Both the position numbers and the translations under genes were made by a program. 64,000 bases of DNA from Lytechinus pictus (lineage: Eukaryota), in assembly GCF_037042905.1 (NCBI RefSeq), contig NC_087250.1:5396001-5460000 (forward strand). Reading direction: 5' to 3'. This document shows, piece after piece, positions 24,701 through 37,395 of this stretch. The notes under the pieces are model-generated. The model did not search any database. It saw nothing but the letters and a program-made list of their open reading frames with translations, and was not told where the DNA came from. The first letter of the stretch is position 1. Each line of letters starts with the position of its first letter.

Positions 24701-25370
24701 CATCAATGGATATTATATGGTTTGAACAATCATCGTTCAACCATGTTTTTGATAGTCCTAAAATATCAAAAGGATTTGACATAAGAAATTGTTGCACATC
24801 TGTAATTTTATTTCTCAAACTTCTGATGTTTAGATGAGCTAACTTAATGCCTTTATCATTTGGAAAATCAGTAAGTATATTGTATGCATGATCTTCAACT
24901 TGGGTATTATTTGGAAAATGAGAACAATTCATAACGTAATTTTCTACAGACGGAATACATTCCTGATCCCAAAAGGGAAATTGTTTCAAAATACACACGG
25001 TACACTGCCAGTTTTCGAAAGTTTCGTTTAAATCATCATATTTGGATTTGGGAATTCCCTCGCACACTATATGTGCCCATTTTTCACATGAGGTACATAA
25101 AAGGGCCTTTTGGTTACTCTTTACTGGTTTATTACATTTACTACACGGATACTTGACCATAAAGAGGTGATACAAACTCAAAAGTTGTTGATAAAAAAAG
25201 TAATACCATGTAAACATAAATTACACAAAAAATACACACAAAAAATCTTAAAAGATTGTATATAATAAAATTTGATGAATCAAACAATCAAAGAAAGTCT
25301 TCCTAACAGAAAATAGGCGGTCCATATTATCAATGAAGGAGCTGAAAAACAAAACATAGGAGTTCCGCTT
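21775..25370 (-). mobile_element. Near-intact non-LTR retrotransposon (L2/Crack/CR1 group) with a single long ORF
   Basis: 1062-aa ORF. 3' UTR with a GGAGGG..CCCTCC stem-loop and an (AAAT)n tail at ~21775-21805. 5' boundary approximate. Confidence 0.9.
22029..25217 (-). CDS. PHD finger + apurinic-like endonuclease + reverse transcriptase polyprotein
   Basis: N-terminal CxxC..CxxC..H..C..WxCxxC (PHD). Endonuclease motifs HLNIRSL, GDFN, SDH. RT motifs FRPISIL, QSGFR, DLKKAFD, GVPQGSILGP, YADD, KYLG. Confidence 0.95.
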   Translation of the reverse strand: MFTWYYFFYQQLLSLYHLFMVKYPCSKCNKPVKSNQKALLCTSCEKWAHIVCEGIPKSKYDDLNETFENWQCTVCILKQFPFWDQECIPSVENYVMNCSHFPNNTQVEDHAYNILTDFPNDKGIKLAHLNIRSLRNKITDVQQFLMSNPFDILGLSKTWLNDDCSNHIISIDGYKIERKDRESSGGGVGCYISEKFNYMRRIDLETKDLEVMWLEIKRKNCSSIFVGILYRRPSSASTYFTTIEANVEKVISLSNNIILMGDFNCNMSNNNALSKTIKDICHTYQLNQLINDPTRVTPHSSTIIDLILTSNSIESVKSGVISIGFSDHCLTFVVVKGKHTMFHSKISKFRSFRNFDENRFRDDLKNQNWNDFNNENVQVDELWSHFKSLFTTVSDKHAPFISVRRKRNGIPWITNEYINLERDRDFFKKKFKKTKSDYYWKKFKYYRNRANNLNKYLKKEYYRNNFSECGNDLNKNWKVLKGLLPSKKQEINNTILIDEEMISDKVKVAGLLNEAFNKVGSNLQTSSSSNTVDGAFNDLHTLTQTNYSFEFQEIKSEFVKNELRNIDCKKAIGMDGLHPKLLKVSADIIAEPLSKFFNLSLKTSQFPSDFKVAKITPIHKGGSLSVDNFRPISILPSMSKVLEKAVHKQLYSYLNQNSLLSERQSGFRPLHSTATCLTEITDYLFENMNHGQITGAIFYDLKKAFDVIPHEIILDKLIFYGMNNKVREWFKSYLVGRQQCVNIDDYCSEFLTMKSGVPQGSILGPLIFCLYINDINNLRIHKNSKISLYADDTVIFNNSHNFSEVQLNLQNDFNLICKWFDINKMYIHPQKTMVMPFGTKRKLDNHQFKIKLYDNYLQCVDKMKYLGVILDSQLTWSDHVRYICNKISRTIGCIRRIKQLIPHKTLVTLYFALILPHIDYCCTAWGSCSKTNLSKLQKLQNRYARLILNKDYNTPQCTLLTTLNWQSVEQRLKYHYCLLVFKIINVKAPNYLKSLITYRTFKYCTRYALNSLLDIPFPKTEFKRKSLSYKASSLFNKLPFSVQSTNSINSFKRGYLLAKHLL

Positions 25371-26504
25371 ATTTGTCAGCTATATAATGAAATGATGATA
25401 ATTCATTTTATGTCATTTAAATGTTTATGAGAATCGGAGGTCAATTTCGTTACGGATTACTTTATTCATCGGTTTGCCATTGTTGGTTGTTATTTTTGCT
25501 ATTACTCGACCAAATTTGAAAAAAAAAACATGGAGAAGGTTCAGAATAATATATCTAGCCCTGATATAGAACATATATGATGGGGTGTGGAATTACATAC
25601 CAAAATATGGCTTTATTCCGTCAAATTTCGAGCAGGATCTAGTGCGCGTAAATGTCCATATAGACATCGGTTTATTTAGTCAGTAAAGGGTATGGGAGTC
25701 AAGACTAATCGAACTATTGGCTAATATTGTGGGCTAGACATGGGTCAAAAATACTTTTTTGTCATTTCAATATGGCAACAGTCTTTTTTATTCCTTGTAA
25801 TGTATCTCAACATGAAATGACAATATTTTTTGTCTCGTGTTCGAGAAAAAAGTGTGCCGGGTTTAAATCCAAAATGGCCACTAACCCCCCCCCCCCCTAA
25901 ATCACAGTTTTGGCCACAACTATTTTATTTGGTGGTCTTTTTTCTGGTTTTGATGTCTATTCATATGTTTTGGGGGGAAGGCAGTTTGCTTTTCCTATAA
26001 GTAGTACTTTTAAACCAATTTTTGTAGAGTTAAAAGGTAATAATCCCTACATTTACAATTTTTTTGAAAAGTGGGTTTTCATCGTCCTGGGGTTCTTGGA
26101 TATTAGATGATACAAGTTCAACAATAGCAAGCAAATTCATATAGCTATATTACTTTTATTCCTCTACTTTGGGTTTTACGGATATTTGTGAAATATATCT
26201 TATTTAAAAAAAAGTCAATTATCCATTGGGCTATACAGTATACAATGTACTGTATACATGTACATACTGCACGGCATACACGTATGCCCATGAATGACCA
26301 CCTGTATACATACACTGTATATAAACTTTAGTGTAAATGAGCTCTTAGGTTTAAAATTAGATGCCTCAGAAATTGAAGATATGTTTTGTCTAAGAAATTG
26401 AAGACATGCTTTGTCAAATATGCTAATTCAGGGGGCAGAGAGAGGTAACTTAACAATGGATTATAGTCAACCTCACATAATGGCATTTACACTGTAGCTG
26501 TTCC

Positions 26505-26612
26505 GGGCCCTGTTGCATAACACTTTACCATTACATTAACTTTGCCGTCCAATGGTAACTTGCATGGAATCCTTGATTCTGATTGGCTGTTGATCAGCAT
26601 TACCATGGTAGT
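26505..26612. mobile_element. Truncated Harbinger-type MITE end
   Basis: GGGCCCTGTTGCATAA closely matches the TIR at 1159. TTACCA/TGGTAA subterminal repeats. Partner end not found. Confidence 0.55.
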
Positions 26613-27564
26613 CACCTGACCCCATAAACATAGGCCAGTGTGACGCACCCAAGTCTGAATGTAGACTAGGAGTAATAAAGGGTTCGCGGCGAGAGATCAA
26701 ATACACAAACACGGCTTCCCTGTCTTTAAAAGATGTGTCATCGATTGTGAGGGTTTGGGGCACCCAAGGGTTCATTACTAGTCTAGTTCTAGACGATATT
26801 AAACGAATTTATTTGCACCGATATATACGTTCTATTCCGTGCGTACGCCCAGCCGAGTGTGCGCGCAAAACCGAGAACCTGTACTCCGAGAAAATATCGT
26901 CTAGACCAGTTGCTCCGCGGTGACGTCAGAGGTCAAAGGTCAACGGACGAGTGCTCATGAATATGCATGAGTTACTTGTCAATCTCGCTGCGCCGAACAA
27001 CAGTGCAACGTTGTTTACGTTTTCAATCGTTATCAGCTGTGTGCATACATTGTGCACGTGGGATTGATGTAGTAGATCTATGCAGGGACGTGAGCGTCCG
27101 TGATCTATGTGATGTGAATACATGTACATGTATCATACGACAGTTTGAGATAGTTCAAATAGACATTTCATTGTTGGGAAATTACTGTTACATGCATAAT
27201 AGTTATTTCACTCTATGTGCATATCTTGGTTAAATCTGTGGGTATGATGTTACCATCATGATATATGAAAGAAGGTGCTAATGTACCAAATTTCAAACTT
27301 CAAAACAATACAGACTAGTTTTTCCACTTTACTCAGATGGAATAATTAATATACATGTTTGAATGATATATTTTATATTCTTCTTCATCTACACATGTAA
27401 TTACATAAAGGCATTTTGTCTTAGTATGGGTATTGAAAATTCAGACTCATACATGTAATTAAACTCTCATTCTTGTGAATGGATCACATCACGGTACATT
27501 TTACTGTGGGCACTTGTAAATATATCATTTTCAAAGTCTTCTTCACATATTTCACTGTCAAAGA

Positions 27565-29726
27565 CATGGGTGTCGATCACGGGGGGGGGGGGGGGGGTGG
27601 GGGGATATATCCCCCTAATATTTCAAGTGGGGGGATGGCCTGTATTATCATCCCCCCAATAATTTAGGGTAGAAAAATTATAATAATGATGATGAAAAAT
27701 GAAAAAGTATGATCATGATAATTATAGTGATGATTATAGTATGCCATCAATCAGTTTGTTTCCGTCGCAATGTGTGTATATTGTTATTAAATAAAAACAT
27801 TCTTTTCCAGGACTTTAAAACAGATGGGTGGAGGTTCAAGATGACAAAAATTTAAATGTTTATGTATATGATATTTTTAACACATGACATAAAAGGACCC
27901 CGATGAACTAAAAACAACTTTTGTTGATAGGGTGTTCTATCCCACCAGGCAGTGGTGAATAAATACATTTTAATAAATCAATTAATTCAAAAGGGTGGGA
28001 AAATAAACGGGTGGAAAAATAAACGGGAGTAAAAGGGTGGCAAGATAAACAGGGAAAACCCCATGGACGTAAATCCCAGAGGGGTAAATTTTGAAAAAGT
28101 ACAAATAACTTTTCTCAGATTTACCCCTCCCCACATCCAAGTGCATGATGTTTGTTCCATTTAATCTACAACCCTTTTGTATATCACTTCATTTTTGTTA
28201 TGTAAAATAAGTAAATCGCCAGGGATCGCTGTCATAAAAAGTTATTTGCAATGAGGTCTGACATGAGGCGAAAGATTTTCGGACATTATTGAGACTACCT
28301 GAAATAGATGTTGTTCTATTTCACCTTTTTCTTATTCATTCCCAGAAAATTCAGAGAAAAAGAAAAATACCTTTGCGTTTCTATAGAGTATAGGCTTATC
28401 ACTTCATTTATTTGCCTGGTTATACACACTTTACCGATGTATGTCATGGTAGTTATATATTAAGTTCGGCATTCAGTAACTTGAACAAGAAAATATACCA
28501 AAAGCAAGATGTGCACAAAACGAAAGTCACCCCTTCTTGTATATCCAAATACCTTGACTTGAACGATAACTTTTGGTCAATAATATTTTGCAGGAGAGCA
28601 TTGATGTCCTCATTACCTATCTATGTGGAAATGAGGTGCCTATTGTCATGAAAGAGTGAGCCCACATCAAATGCAAAAATTTCACTTTAAAAAAGTCATA
28701 ATGGTCGTTTGGTGATCAGTAGCTCATATATGGTGCCTTTGTTGTATGCGGTTGGATGTAATTGATATTAAAACATTTTATCATGTGACCCCATCAGATA
28801 CCTCTCATGAAAATATTGAGGTTCAGTGAGCTCAATATAATATGATCATATTTTTACAATTTTTTTAATAAGTGAAATCAATTGATGGTTTCAGAAAGAA
28901 TAATCTTTCATTCTCTTATAAAGCGGATGTGAGGATATGAACATCGGATGTTTTTGTCATGTTATTCTTGTTATTGTTATGGACTTGAATAACTAAACTT
29001 GATTATTTTTTTCTTATTTTGGCAAAAAGAAATATCTTTTGAGTTTGGAAAGGGATGGCAGTTTTACATTCTATATGAGCACACTCATGCGGTACGTAAA
29101 TTTCATTTTAACACATAATGTATATTAGCTGATATTACACACTGATGGTTCAAGAAAATGTTGGAGAAATATCATAACATGACAGTTGAGTTTTGATTGT
29201 TTTAATGTTTGTTTTTGTTTCATGCACTTATAAAGTATTTAAAACATGTTAAAATCCAGGGTTAAAATCGTCTAAGGAATGACGGTAAGCCCGATGGCAC
29301 ACGAGAAGCCACACAGTTTGTAATTTGTGCTAGTCTTATATTTTTTGTCCGAATGTGCATTTTATCATCATGCATTAAGAAGAAAAAAAGATATTGCCAG
29401 TCGGGTTAGATTTAAGAGAGAAGTTGTATACATCATGCTCAATAAACATATCACTTTGTACATGGTCCAGACAATTTTTGGCATTTTTCTTTCGTATGGG
29501 TTTATAATAAGCTTACTTGTAACACAAATTGAATTTAAAAAAAATTTAAATAAGTAAAGTACACTGCAACAATTAAGCAATTTCCAAAAACACCATGCAT
29601 ATCAACCACTCTCAAATGTCCTAACTTGTAATTTTAGTGGGGGTAATGTTGAAAGATCCCCATCCACAAGAACATTTGTGTCAATCACCCCCCCCCCCCA
29701 ACCAAGAATACCGATCGACACCCATG
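27565..29726. mobile_element. Non-autonomous hAT element (~2.2 kb)
   Basis: TIR CATGGGTGTCGATC / GATCGACACCCATG with 8-bp TSD gtcaaaga/gtcagaga. Confidence 0.85.
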
Positions 29727-30203
29727 GTCAGAGAGTATGACAAAAAGGGTTGAGAAGTACATGTACTTTGTACAGATTAGTACAGAGCTGTGAAAGGGAT
29801 AAGGAAAACAGAATAAAAATCATTATTGATTTTTAAAAGTAGATTAATCTCACAAATGTGGATTTTGATGCGTGCATCAGATTTTGGAAGAAAATCTTTG
29901 CAATTGTCCTTGGAATTTTTAGTTTATTTATTTACTTTACATGAACATGTAGATAATGCGTACAATTATTTTTGTTGTTCAGCTACATTATTATCTAGCT
30001 ACATGTAGCCAGGAAATGATATTGCTAATGATGTACATGAAGCCTCTTCGATAAAGACCCTGACCGGTGTAAAACAATCATATATTAAAATAAAGGTAAT
30101 GATTCTTCCAATAGTTAAACATATTAAATAAAAATCAAAGAAACTACTCCTCCAAAGTACGCTTCGATTGAGCACCCCCATGTCGCCTGGAAATGATGAC
30201 GTC

Positions 30204-30265
30204 CAGTGGCGTACCTATAGGATTTTCCACAGGGGGGGCAAAATCGGCCGCCAAAAAATTTGACA

Positions 30266-30299
<34 letters not shown>

Positions 30300-30538
30300 T
30301 CTTCAATTAAAAAATGAAGGTTTTCGTACCACAAAAATTTGACAAGCAAAAAAAAAAAAAAAGTCTTCGAGTTCATCAGGGGGGCGATAAAGGTCTTCAA
30401 GCTGGTCAGGGGGGGGCAAAAAAAGGTCTTTTAAGCTCGTCAGGGGGGGCAGGTAAATGTCTTTTGTATGGGTTGTGACTCGTCAGGGGGGGGGGGCAGA
30501 GTGCCCCCCTGCCCCCCCCCCCCGTAGGTACGCTAGTG
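30204..30538. mobile_element. hAT-like MITE (same family as 53894-54228 and the fragment at 33660-33864)
   Basis: CAGTGGCGTACC...GGTACGCTAGTG with exact 8-bp TSD ATGACGTC. Confidence 0.85.
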
Positions 30539-32845
30539 ATGACGTCACGTTGTGTCAGGAGGGTTGTGATTCTGTAGGTTTGTGTACAAAAGCATTGGGT
30601 ATTTTCTTCCATTTTCATGTTATGAATCCATTTTTTTTTCGTTTTCAGATGAAAATGGCACTCTAAATTATTCACTGTTCAAATTGTTGTAAACCTACAA
30701 CTATTCACTACCTTTTTTGTGATTTCTTTGTTTGGCTCTTATTGGGCCTAAATTGCTATGTCAGGAAAAGTTATTATACATAATCTAAATGCAGATAGAA
30801 TTGAAATTTGCGCCAAGTAAGCAGGAAATAAATATGGCAAAAACTAGTTCAAAACTGTAGATTTCATAAATTCAAGCTTGTGGGTAAAAATATATGTGAT
30901 ATCCCTCTGTGATAGAAGTGAAGAGAATGAAATGCGTTATCTGGAAAGCAAAAAAATCACCCAGTGTTTCTGTGTACAAACCTATGGAATCACGACGCTT
31001 CTTACACAACGTGACGTCACGGTCTCGAGGCAGGTGAAAAGCACAATAAAGCCTATTTTCTAAGCGGGGTTCGAAGCCCGATAATTGGAATATTCTTAAG
31101 CAAAATACTCAGCTGGGAAGCGGTGAAAATTAATATAGCATACCTTGCTGTATTTAGTAGCTTATAAGCTTTCGATTGGTATATAATTTATCAATTTCAT
31201 TTTCGGGTCCGGTCTGGATCTATAAATAAAGGCACCTTTTCTCATTACCTTTGAAGTACAGTATTTATGAAATATATTTTTTGCAGCCATTATGAAAGAG
31301 CATTATGTTCAGATCTACATGTACCTTGCCAGTTAATTAAATTGCTAGTAACTATTCCATTGCAGTGTAACTTTTACATGTAGTTTGCATAGGCGGATCC
31401 AGCTTTTGGCGAAAGGGGGGGGGGGAGGGGTACCGCCGAGCGGCGCACATATTTTTGCACTATAAATGAAAATGTTGAAAAAGGGGTAAAGTCAAATTCA
31501 ATTCAAATTAAAATTCATTTATTTCACTTCCATCAAACAAAAACAAATTGTATACTTACCATATATAAACATAAATATTTGTATCCGTTGCAAACAAAAT
31601 TAATAATACATTTGTTGTGAAAAAAAAAACACTTAGACGATTTGGGCAACACATTGTAAGTTTTAAATATATATACTATTTTTCAATAGAAATTAAATTA
31701 AGATGGAAATGGAGGAACCCACTAAAAAGCAATGCTTGTACAATGTGGGCCCCTCAAGATATAGATAACACAACAAATAACAAAATAACAAAGTATAAAT
31801 ACAGATAATCAAATGAGAAAAGAATGAATAAATGAGAGGGAAATACTCACAAAATAAATACAAAGTAATCAAAAATATACAGTTTGGTGAAGGACAAAAC
31901 AACCCGTCCTAAAAATATCTACCCTTCCCACCCCCCAGAAAAAGAGAAGAAAAAAAAGGGGGAGAATGCCCTGAGAAGATTGATGGGTGCTGCTGTACGT
32001 AGATATAACACATGCCGTCGTGGACTCAAGCAAACTGGATTCAATGATGTGTATAAAAGGAGAAAAAATATATAAAATAACCTGGAAAGAATATAATGCA
32101 CGAAAAATGTGATTGATGCCGTTAAACAAATAACCGGTAGAAATGCGGATAAGCGGAGAGGAGAAAATAGAGGAGAGGATAGACACAATAATGAGCACAT
32201 CTGAGAAGGACTTGTGTCAGATTTTTTTTTTTTTAATAAAAAAAGGATAATAATTATTTTATGTTTTAATTGTAGTTTAAAGTAATGATGACTTGACAGA
32301 AGTCTGACCCTGTCAAATGCTCTTTTCAAAATGTAGGATTTCCAGTCATGCCATTTTGCATGACCACACGCAGATAATATTTTCGGGGGGGGGGGCAAAT
32401 CTCGAACATATTTTTGAAAAATAAAAATAAAAACGATAGAGTAAACGGACCGAGCTGCTCATGTGGCGATTATTTTTTTTTATAAAGTGTAATAAAAGTA
32501 TTTGGTACACATCTCACATTTGCAAATTTTTCATAGTTTTCATGAAATGTTAAGGGAAAAAATGTGTTTTCACAACAACTGATCGGGAATTTCCCCCCCC
32601 CCTTCCCCCTTGCTGCGTACGACCATTCCCTGAAGTCCACTTAAACATATATCATTACAACATAAAATATACATGAATTTAGACATATAATCTTTCTTAG
32701 ACATATATAGAGAGAGATTGAAAAACTTATTAAAGAAAGAAACAAGCAAAAAGTAACACAAAATCTCGTGTACTAACCCTTTTATTGCGATGAGGCCGAT
32801 ACTTGTGTATATTAATTGAGATGCAATTTTTTTACTATATATACA

Positions 32846-33655
32846 CAGGGGCGTCGATATTTTTTTTCACATTGGGGGGGGGGGGGCAAAATCATGAATC
32901 AACTTTCCAACGGCGCTCGATCACACAAAACAAACAAACTCACACACACTCATATATATATATATATATATATATATAACTATATATATATATATATATA
33001 TATATAGCTGAAATTTTTTAGTAAACTGACCTGAAAATAGGAAAAAGGTGCCTTTTAAAGACTGTTTGTAGTAACTCATGAGGAGAATACATATCTCACT
33101 ACACAGATAATGCGAGTGCCGAGGGCGAGCTGAAATTTCTTTATATTCTGACCAGAAAGCTTGATATCCTCTGCATTTTGGTACCTATGATTAAGATGGG
33201 TATCTAAAAAAGACAAAACATGCGAGCGCAAAGCGCGAGCTTAAAATTTTGATATTTCGATCTGAAAAAAATGACAGTTTAATGGACGTTTTTAATAAAG
33301 AACAAGATTATATCCAACAAAAGATTATTGCAAATCGAAGCGGGACTTCTTTTGAGGTTAAGAACTGAGAACGGGACATTCTATTCACCTATTTAATCAT
33401 GAAAAGTGTGGGGTTTTGCTACAGAAATGGTACGAGCGCGAAGCGCGAGCTGAACATTTTTGTATTCCAATCTGAAAAGCGGACAATTTGAGCACGATTT
33501 TAAACAAAGAACGAGTTGTGTAGCTCAATATCGCTTGCTGATTTCTGTGTAACATTACCATCTTATTTTATTTTTGTACATGCGGAATTATTGGAGGAGG
33601 GGGGGGGGGGGAAACGATATGTTTGCCCCCCAATTATTTCTATTGGTGGGGCGAA
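32846..33655. mobile_element. hAT-like MITE carrying a (TA)n microsatellite; same family as 49081-50251 in opposite orientation; one end lost
   Basis: CAGGGGCGTCGAT start, GCGAGCGCGAAGCGCGAGC internal repeats, shared body sequence. Confidence 0.75.
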
Positions 33656-34089
33656 GGACTATCTTGGCCCCCTGACGAGCTTGAAAAAAAAGCCTTTTTT
33701 GCCCCCTGACGAGCTTGAAGACCTTTTTTTGTTTTGCTTGTCAATTTTTTTTCCAGGTACGAAGTCCTTTATTTGTGATTGAAGACTTTTTTTTTTGCTT
33801 GTCAATTTTTTTGGCGGACGGTTTTGCCCCCCCCCCCCTGTGGAAAATTCTAGGTACGCCACTGTTTAAAGTGTTATACTGTACGTACAAATATGACCGA
33901 CTTGTGAGTTTTGTTTTGGTCATGGTTCTTTATGATTTTTTTTGTTCCAGAGAGAGTTTACTCAGTCCACTTCGATATATGCAAAAGGGAGACAATTACT
34001 GTATTCTTGTTCTACTGCAAATTCCAATTATTGTTTGGTCAGCCATATTATGAAAGAACAGTACATTTCAGACCAAACTTGCCAGATAA

Positions 34090-34676
34090 AGGACAAGTCC
34101 ACCCCAACAAGCTGACTTGAATAGATAAAGAAAAATCAAACAAACATAACTCTGAAAATTTCATCAAAATAGGATGTAAAATAATAAAGTTATAACAATT
34201 TCAAGTTTCGCTTAATTTTTCAAAACAGTTATATGCACATCTTAGTCAGCATGCAAATGATGATATCATTCACTTACTATTTCTTTTGTATTTTATTTTA
34301 TGAAATATGAAATATTTAGATTTTCTCGTCATTGTCTGTTAACAAAGTTTCATTCCTCCCTGAACACATGTAATTCCATTATTCTAACATTTTGTGGTTC
34401 GAGCAAAGGGGTACTAATATTGTCGAATTCGTAAAAATTGAAATATTGTATTATTCAAACAAAAACAAAAGAAATAGTGAGTGAGTGACATCATCGTCTC
34501 TCTCATTTGCATATCACCGAGTTGAGTATAGAACTGTTTTGTGAAAAATAAGCCAAATCTTAAAATGTCATATCTTTCTTAATTTACATCCGATTTTGAT
34601 GAAATTTTCACCATCATTCATGTTTGATTTGTCTCTATTTATTCAAATCATTTTTTTTCTGGGGTGGAATTGACCT
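34090..34676. mobile_element. Kolobok-like MITE
   Basis: (A)TAA|AGGACAAGTCCACCCCA ... TGGGGTGGAATTGACCT|TTAA with long imperfect inverted arms. Confidence 0.75.
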
Positions 34677-34937
34677 TTAATGACTTTGCCATTATTTTCC
34701 TGCTATATATTACTGTCATGCGAACAAAAGAAGCAACTCTGTGGAACAAGTTTATGAGGAACTGTGTAAAATTGTCATTGTCATTTTATATGTGGAAATA
34801 TAGAATTTCTTGCTTTTTAAGTGACTCCATTTAGGAAACTTGGGGCCATGTGACTTCAATTAAACTGGCATCATGAAGAAATTACATAATTAACCCAAAT
34901 CAAGGGGAGTGTCAATTTTGAAGGATATAAAGTTGCT

Positions 34938-35105
34938 ACCCTCTTTCCATATATACCCAGTAGGTATATTCAAGAAGACATCGTGGCCTCGGAGGAAACT
35001 TTCGAGAGCTTTGTTCTGTAGGATCTTCAAAGTCGTTGTTCCCAACTGTTTGGACATATGCAGGATGGAATCTCTGATAGAATGACGTTAATTTCCCGTC
35101 GCCAT
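34938..35105 (-). pseudogene. RecQ-like helicase N-terminal remnant (Q motif + motif I)
   Basis: MATGN*RHSIRDSILHMSKQLGTTTLKILQNKALESFLRGHDVFLNIPTGY, then GK after a 4-bp ATAT insertion. Confidence 0.85.
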
Positions 35106-37009
35106 CACACCATATATGAAAAAAAAACGAAGATAAGCGATCAGGACTTGTCTGATTTGGTAAACACGCAAGAAACTGAATTTGGAAACCGCGTGCTGTA
35201 TAATTATGTATAGGCCTACAGTACACAATACAACCAGGGAGTTGGGAGTCTCCCTGATACAACAGCACGGTAGACGGTACAGTACACAAGTCTATGGCTT
35301 ATGTTGTGCTGCTTTGTGCGATCCGATTGATTATGTAATCCATATACGATAGTCTACGCTCAAAAACCTTATTGTAGGTATCAGGGGAAACATACACGAT
35401 ACGATTCATTTATGATGTTTTTGTGTGTTTAATTTGATTTCTTTTATAAATTATTTACAACAAAAAGTCCTTTCTTAGGTAATTAATATTCATTTTATCG
35501 GTAGATCACACCATATTTCTCAACCCAGCAATCTTCCCTGCTGTTAACAAAGACTAGCAGCTGAACGGGAGGCGTGTCCACTTTTAACGACTTTCCCTAA
35601 AAAATCTGAGGGAGTGACGTCACCGCGGAGCAACTGGTCTAGACGATATTTTCTCGGAGTACAGGTTCTCGGTTTTGCGCGCACACTCGGCTGGGCGTAC
35701 GCACGGAATAGAACGTATATATCGGTGCAAATAAATTCGTTTAAAATATCGTCTAGAACTAGACTAGTTCATTACATGCCGCCGCGCACAGAAAAATCAA
35801 GCCATAGAAGTCGTGTGTTGTGGACCCAAGAAGTGAGATCCCAGCACGCGCGACCCACTAGTTAGAAATCCACTGCCAAACGCGGTTCGTGGTGCGAGGT
35901 TAGTATACTAATACTAACCTCGCAATACGTGTGAGTGGGTTTGGGGCGACTTAGGAGTTGGAGAAGTTTAGGTTCTTGTGTGCTGAGATGTAGAGTTGGT
36001 CCTGGCCACGTAACATATTTGGGACCTTGTCCAGGAGTCGGAAAACAAGCCAGTTTTCTTGTCGAGGTAGTTCGTTTTCGTATTCCGTATACCGGTTATT
36101 ACGTACAGTACATGTAGTATAATGCGCGACCGATAGCGCTGCGTGTAGTTACGTGCATGTTCTGTGCATGTGTGTGTATGCACGTTTTGTGTGTGGAGCG
36201 TTTCGTTGGGCTCGTGTAGGCGACGGGTCACGCTCAATTAATCAATGTATCAATGCGCGAGATGAAACTTGTCGATATTCCATTCTGAAAAAGGGACAAT
36301 TTATCATTAAATTAATTAATTAATCTAATAAGCCTAATCAGAGCGCGAAATCTGTCAATATTATAGCCTGAAAACTGGCCATTTAAAGCACTTTTGTAAT
36401 AATGAATAAGATGCATGAGTTAATATATTTTTAACAATCAATGTGCGTGCATATCGCCAGCTGAAAATTGCTGATTAACTGTCATAAAATGGAGATTTTA
36501 AGTAGTTTGTTATAGAATTAATATTTAAATTTTTATAACTCACCAATCAAAATGCGAGCATGCAGCGCTAGCTGATCCGTTTTTACAATCTGACATGAAT
36601 AGGGATATTTTGATAACTATATGGAATACAGGAAAATAATAGGTGCCTGAAAATCAAATTTTGTGAGCGCACAGCGCAAGCAGAAAATGTTAATATTCAG
36701 ACAATAAAAAAGACATTTTAACAGAACACTTTTTTTAAATGAAAGTTCGATTTCCGAGCTGAAATATGTTATGTATATTGACTTCAAAATTTGATATTTA
36801 AAGTTCCATATATGTAAATCACCTAAAAGGTAATGCGAGCGCGAAGCACGAGCGAAAATTGTATATAATGACATGAAAGATTTTTTTAAATTGTTTTCGA
36901 AGTCTTCCCCTCATCTTATTTATTCACTCGTTTTCCTCCTCCCAATAGGGGGAGGAGGGAGGGCGGACCCCTTGCCCACCACTGGATCCCTTGGATCCAA
37001 CTCTGGAAC

Positions 37010-37395
37010 AATCTACCAAAAAGTATAAATCTTGGACATAAGAGTCATCAAGTATCACTAAACATCTCAAGCGAGTTTCAGGTCACATGACCAATGTCAA
37101 AGGTCATTTAAGGTCATTGAACTTTTGCCATTTTCGAGGTAATTATTAGATTGCTGTCATAACTTTCAAAGCTTGCAGATATAGTGTATAAAATGTGAAT
37201 ATAGGGGTATTCAAGTATCATTGACAAGTTTTAGGTCACATGATCAAGGTCAAATGTCAATGAATTTAGTATTGCATCATTATATTAATGGTTATTTTTG
37301 TGAAAAATTATTTTACAGTAGTTTTCAAAGTCAGCACTGCTGCTATATTGAATTGCGTGATGCAGGTGAGACAGCCGGAGCCATTCCACTTGTTC
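37010..37395 (+). mobile_element. 3' part of a Helentron/DINE-like element (family of 50327-51238)
   Basis: GGTCA tandem units, then tcagcactgctgctatattgaat..tgcaggtgagac..ccattccacttgtt. Confidence 0.75.

Larger units (their letters stand above)
26779..35766. mobile_element. ~9 kb AcademH-like DNA transposon derivative with nested MITEs
   Basis: ~150-bp near-perfect TIRs (26779-26928 / 35616-35766) starting TAGTCT and ending AGACTA. Exact 9-bp TSD GTTCATTAC. Internal RecQ remnant. Confidence 0.88.
26639..36037 (+). mobile_element. Possible LTR (26639-26778 + 35776-36015) split by the AcademH-like element, followed by a degenerate primer-binding site
   Basis: TGTGACG...CGTAACA termini once the insertion is removed (~380 bp). 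Followed by tttgggaccttgtccagga, which resembles a tRNA-Pro PBS (TGGGGGCTCGTCCGGGA). Confidence 0.4.

Noticed and set aside
21747..25366. TAGGAGTTCC on both sides of the PHD LINE as a TSD
   Set aside because: The left copy is ~20 bp away from the tail, so it does not directly flank the element.
31884..32398. Short ORFs inside the 9 kb element as further helicase or transposase exons
   Set aside because: No helicase or DDE motifs recognisable by eye; low-complexity sequence.
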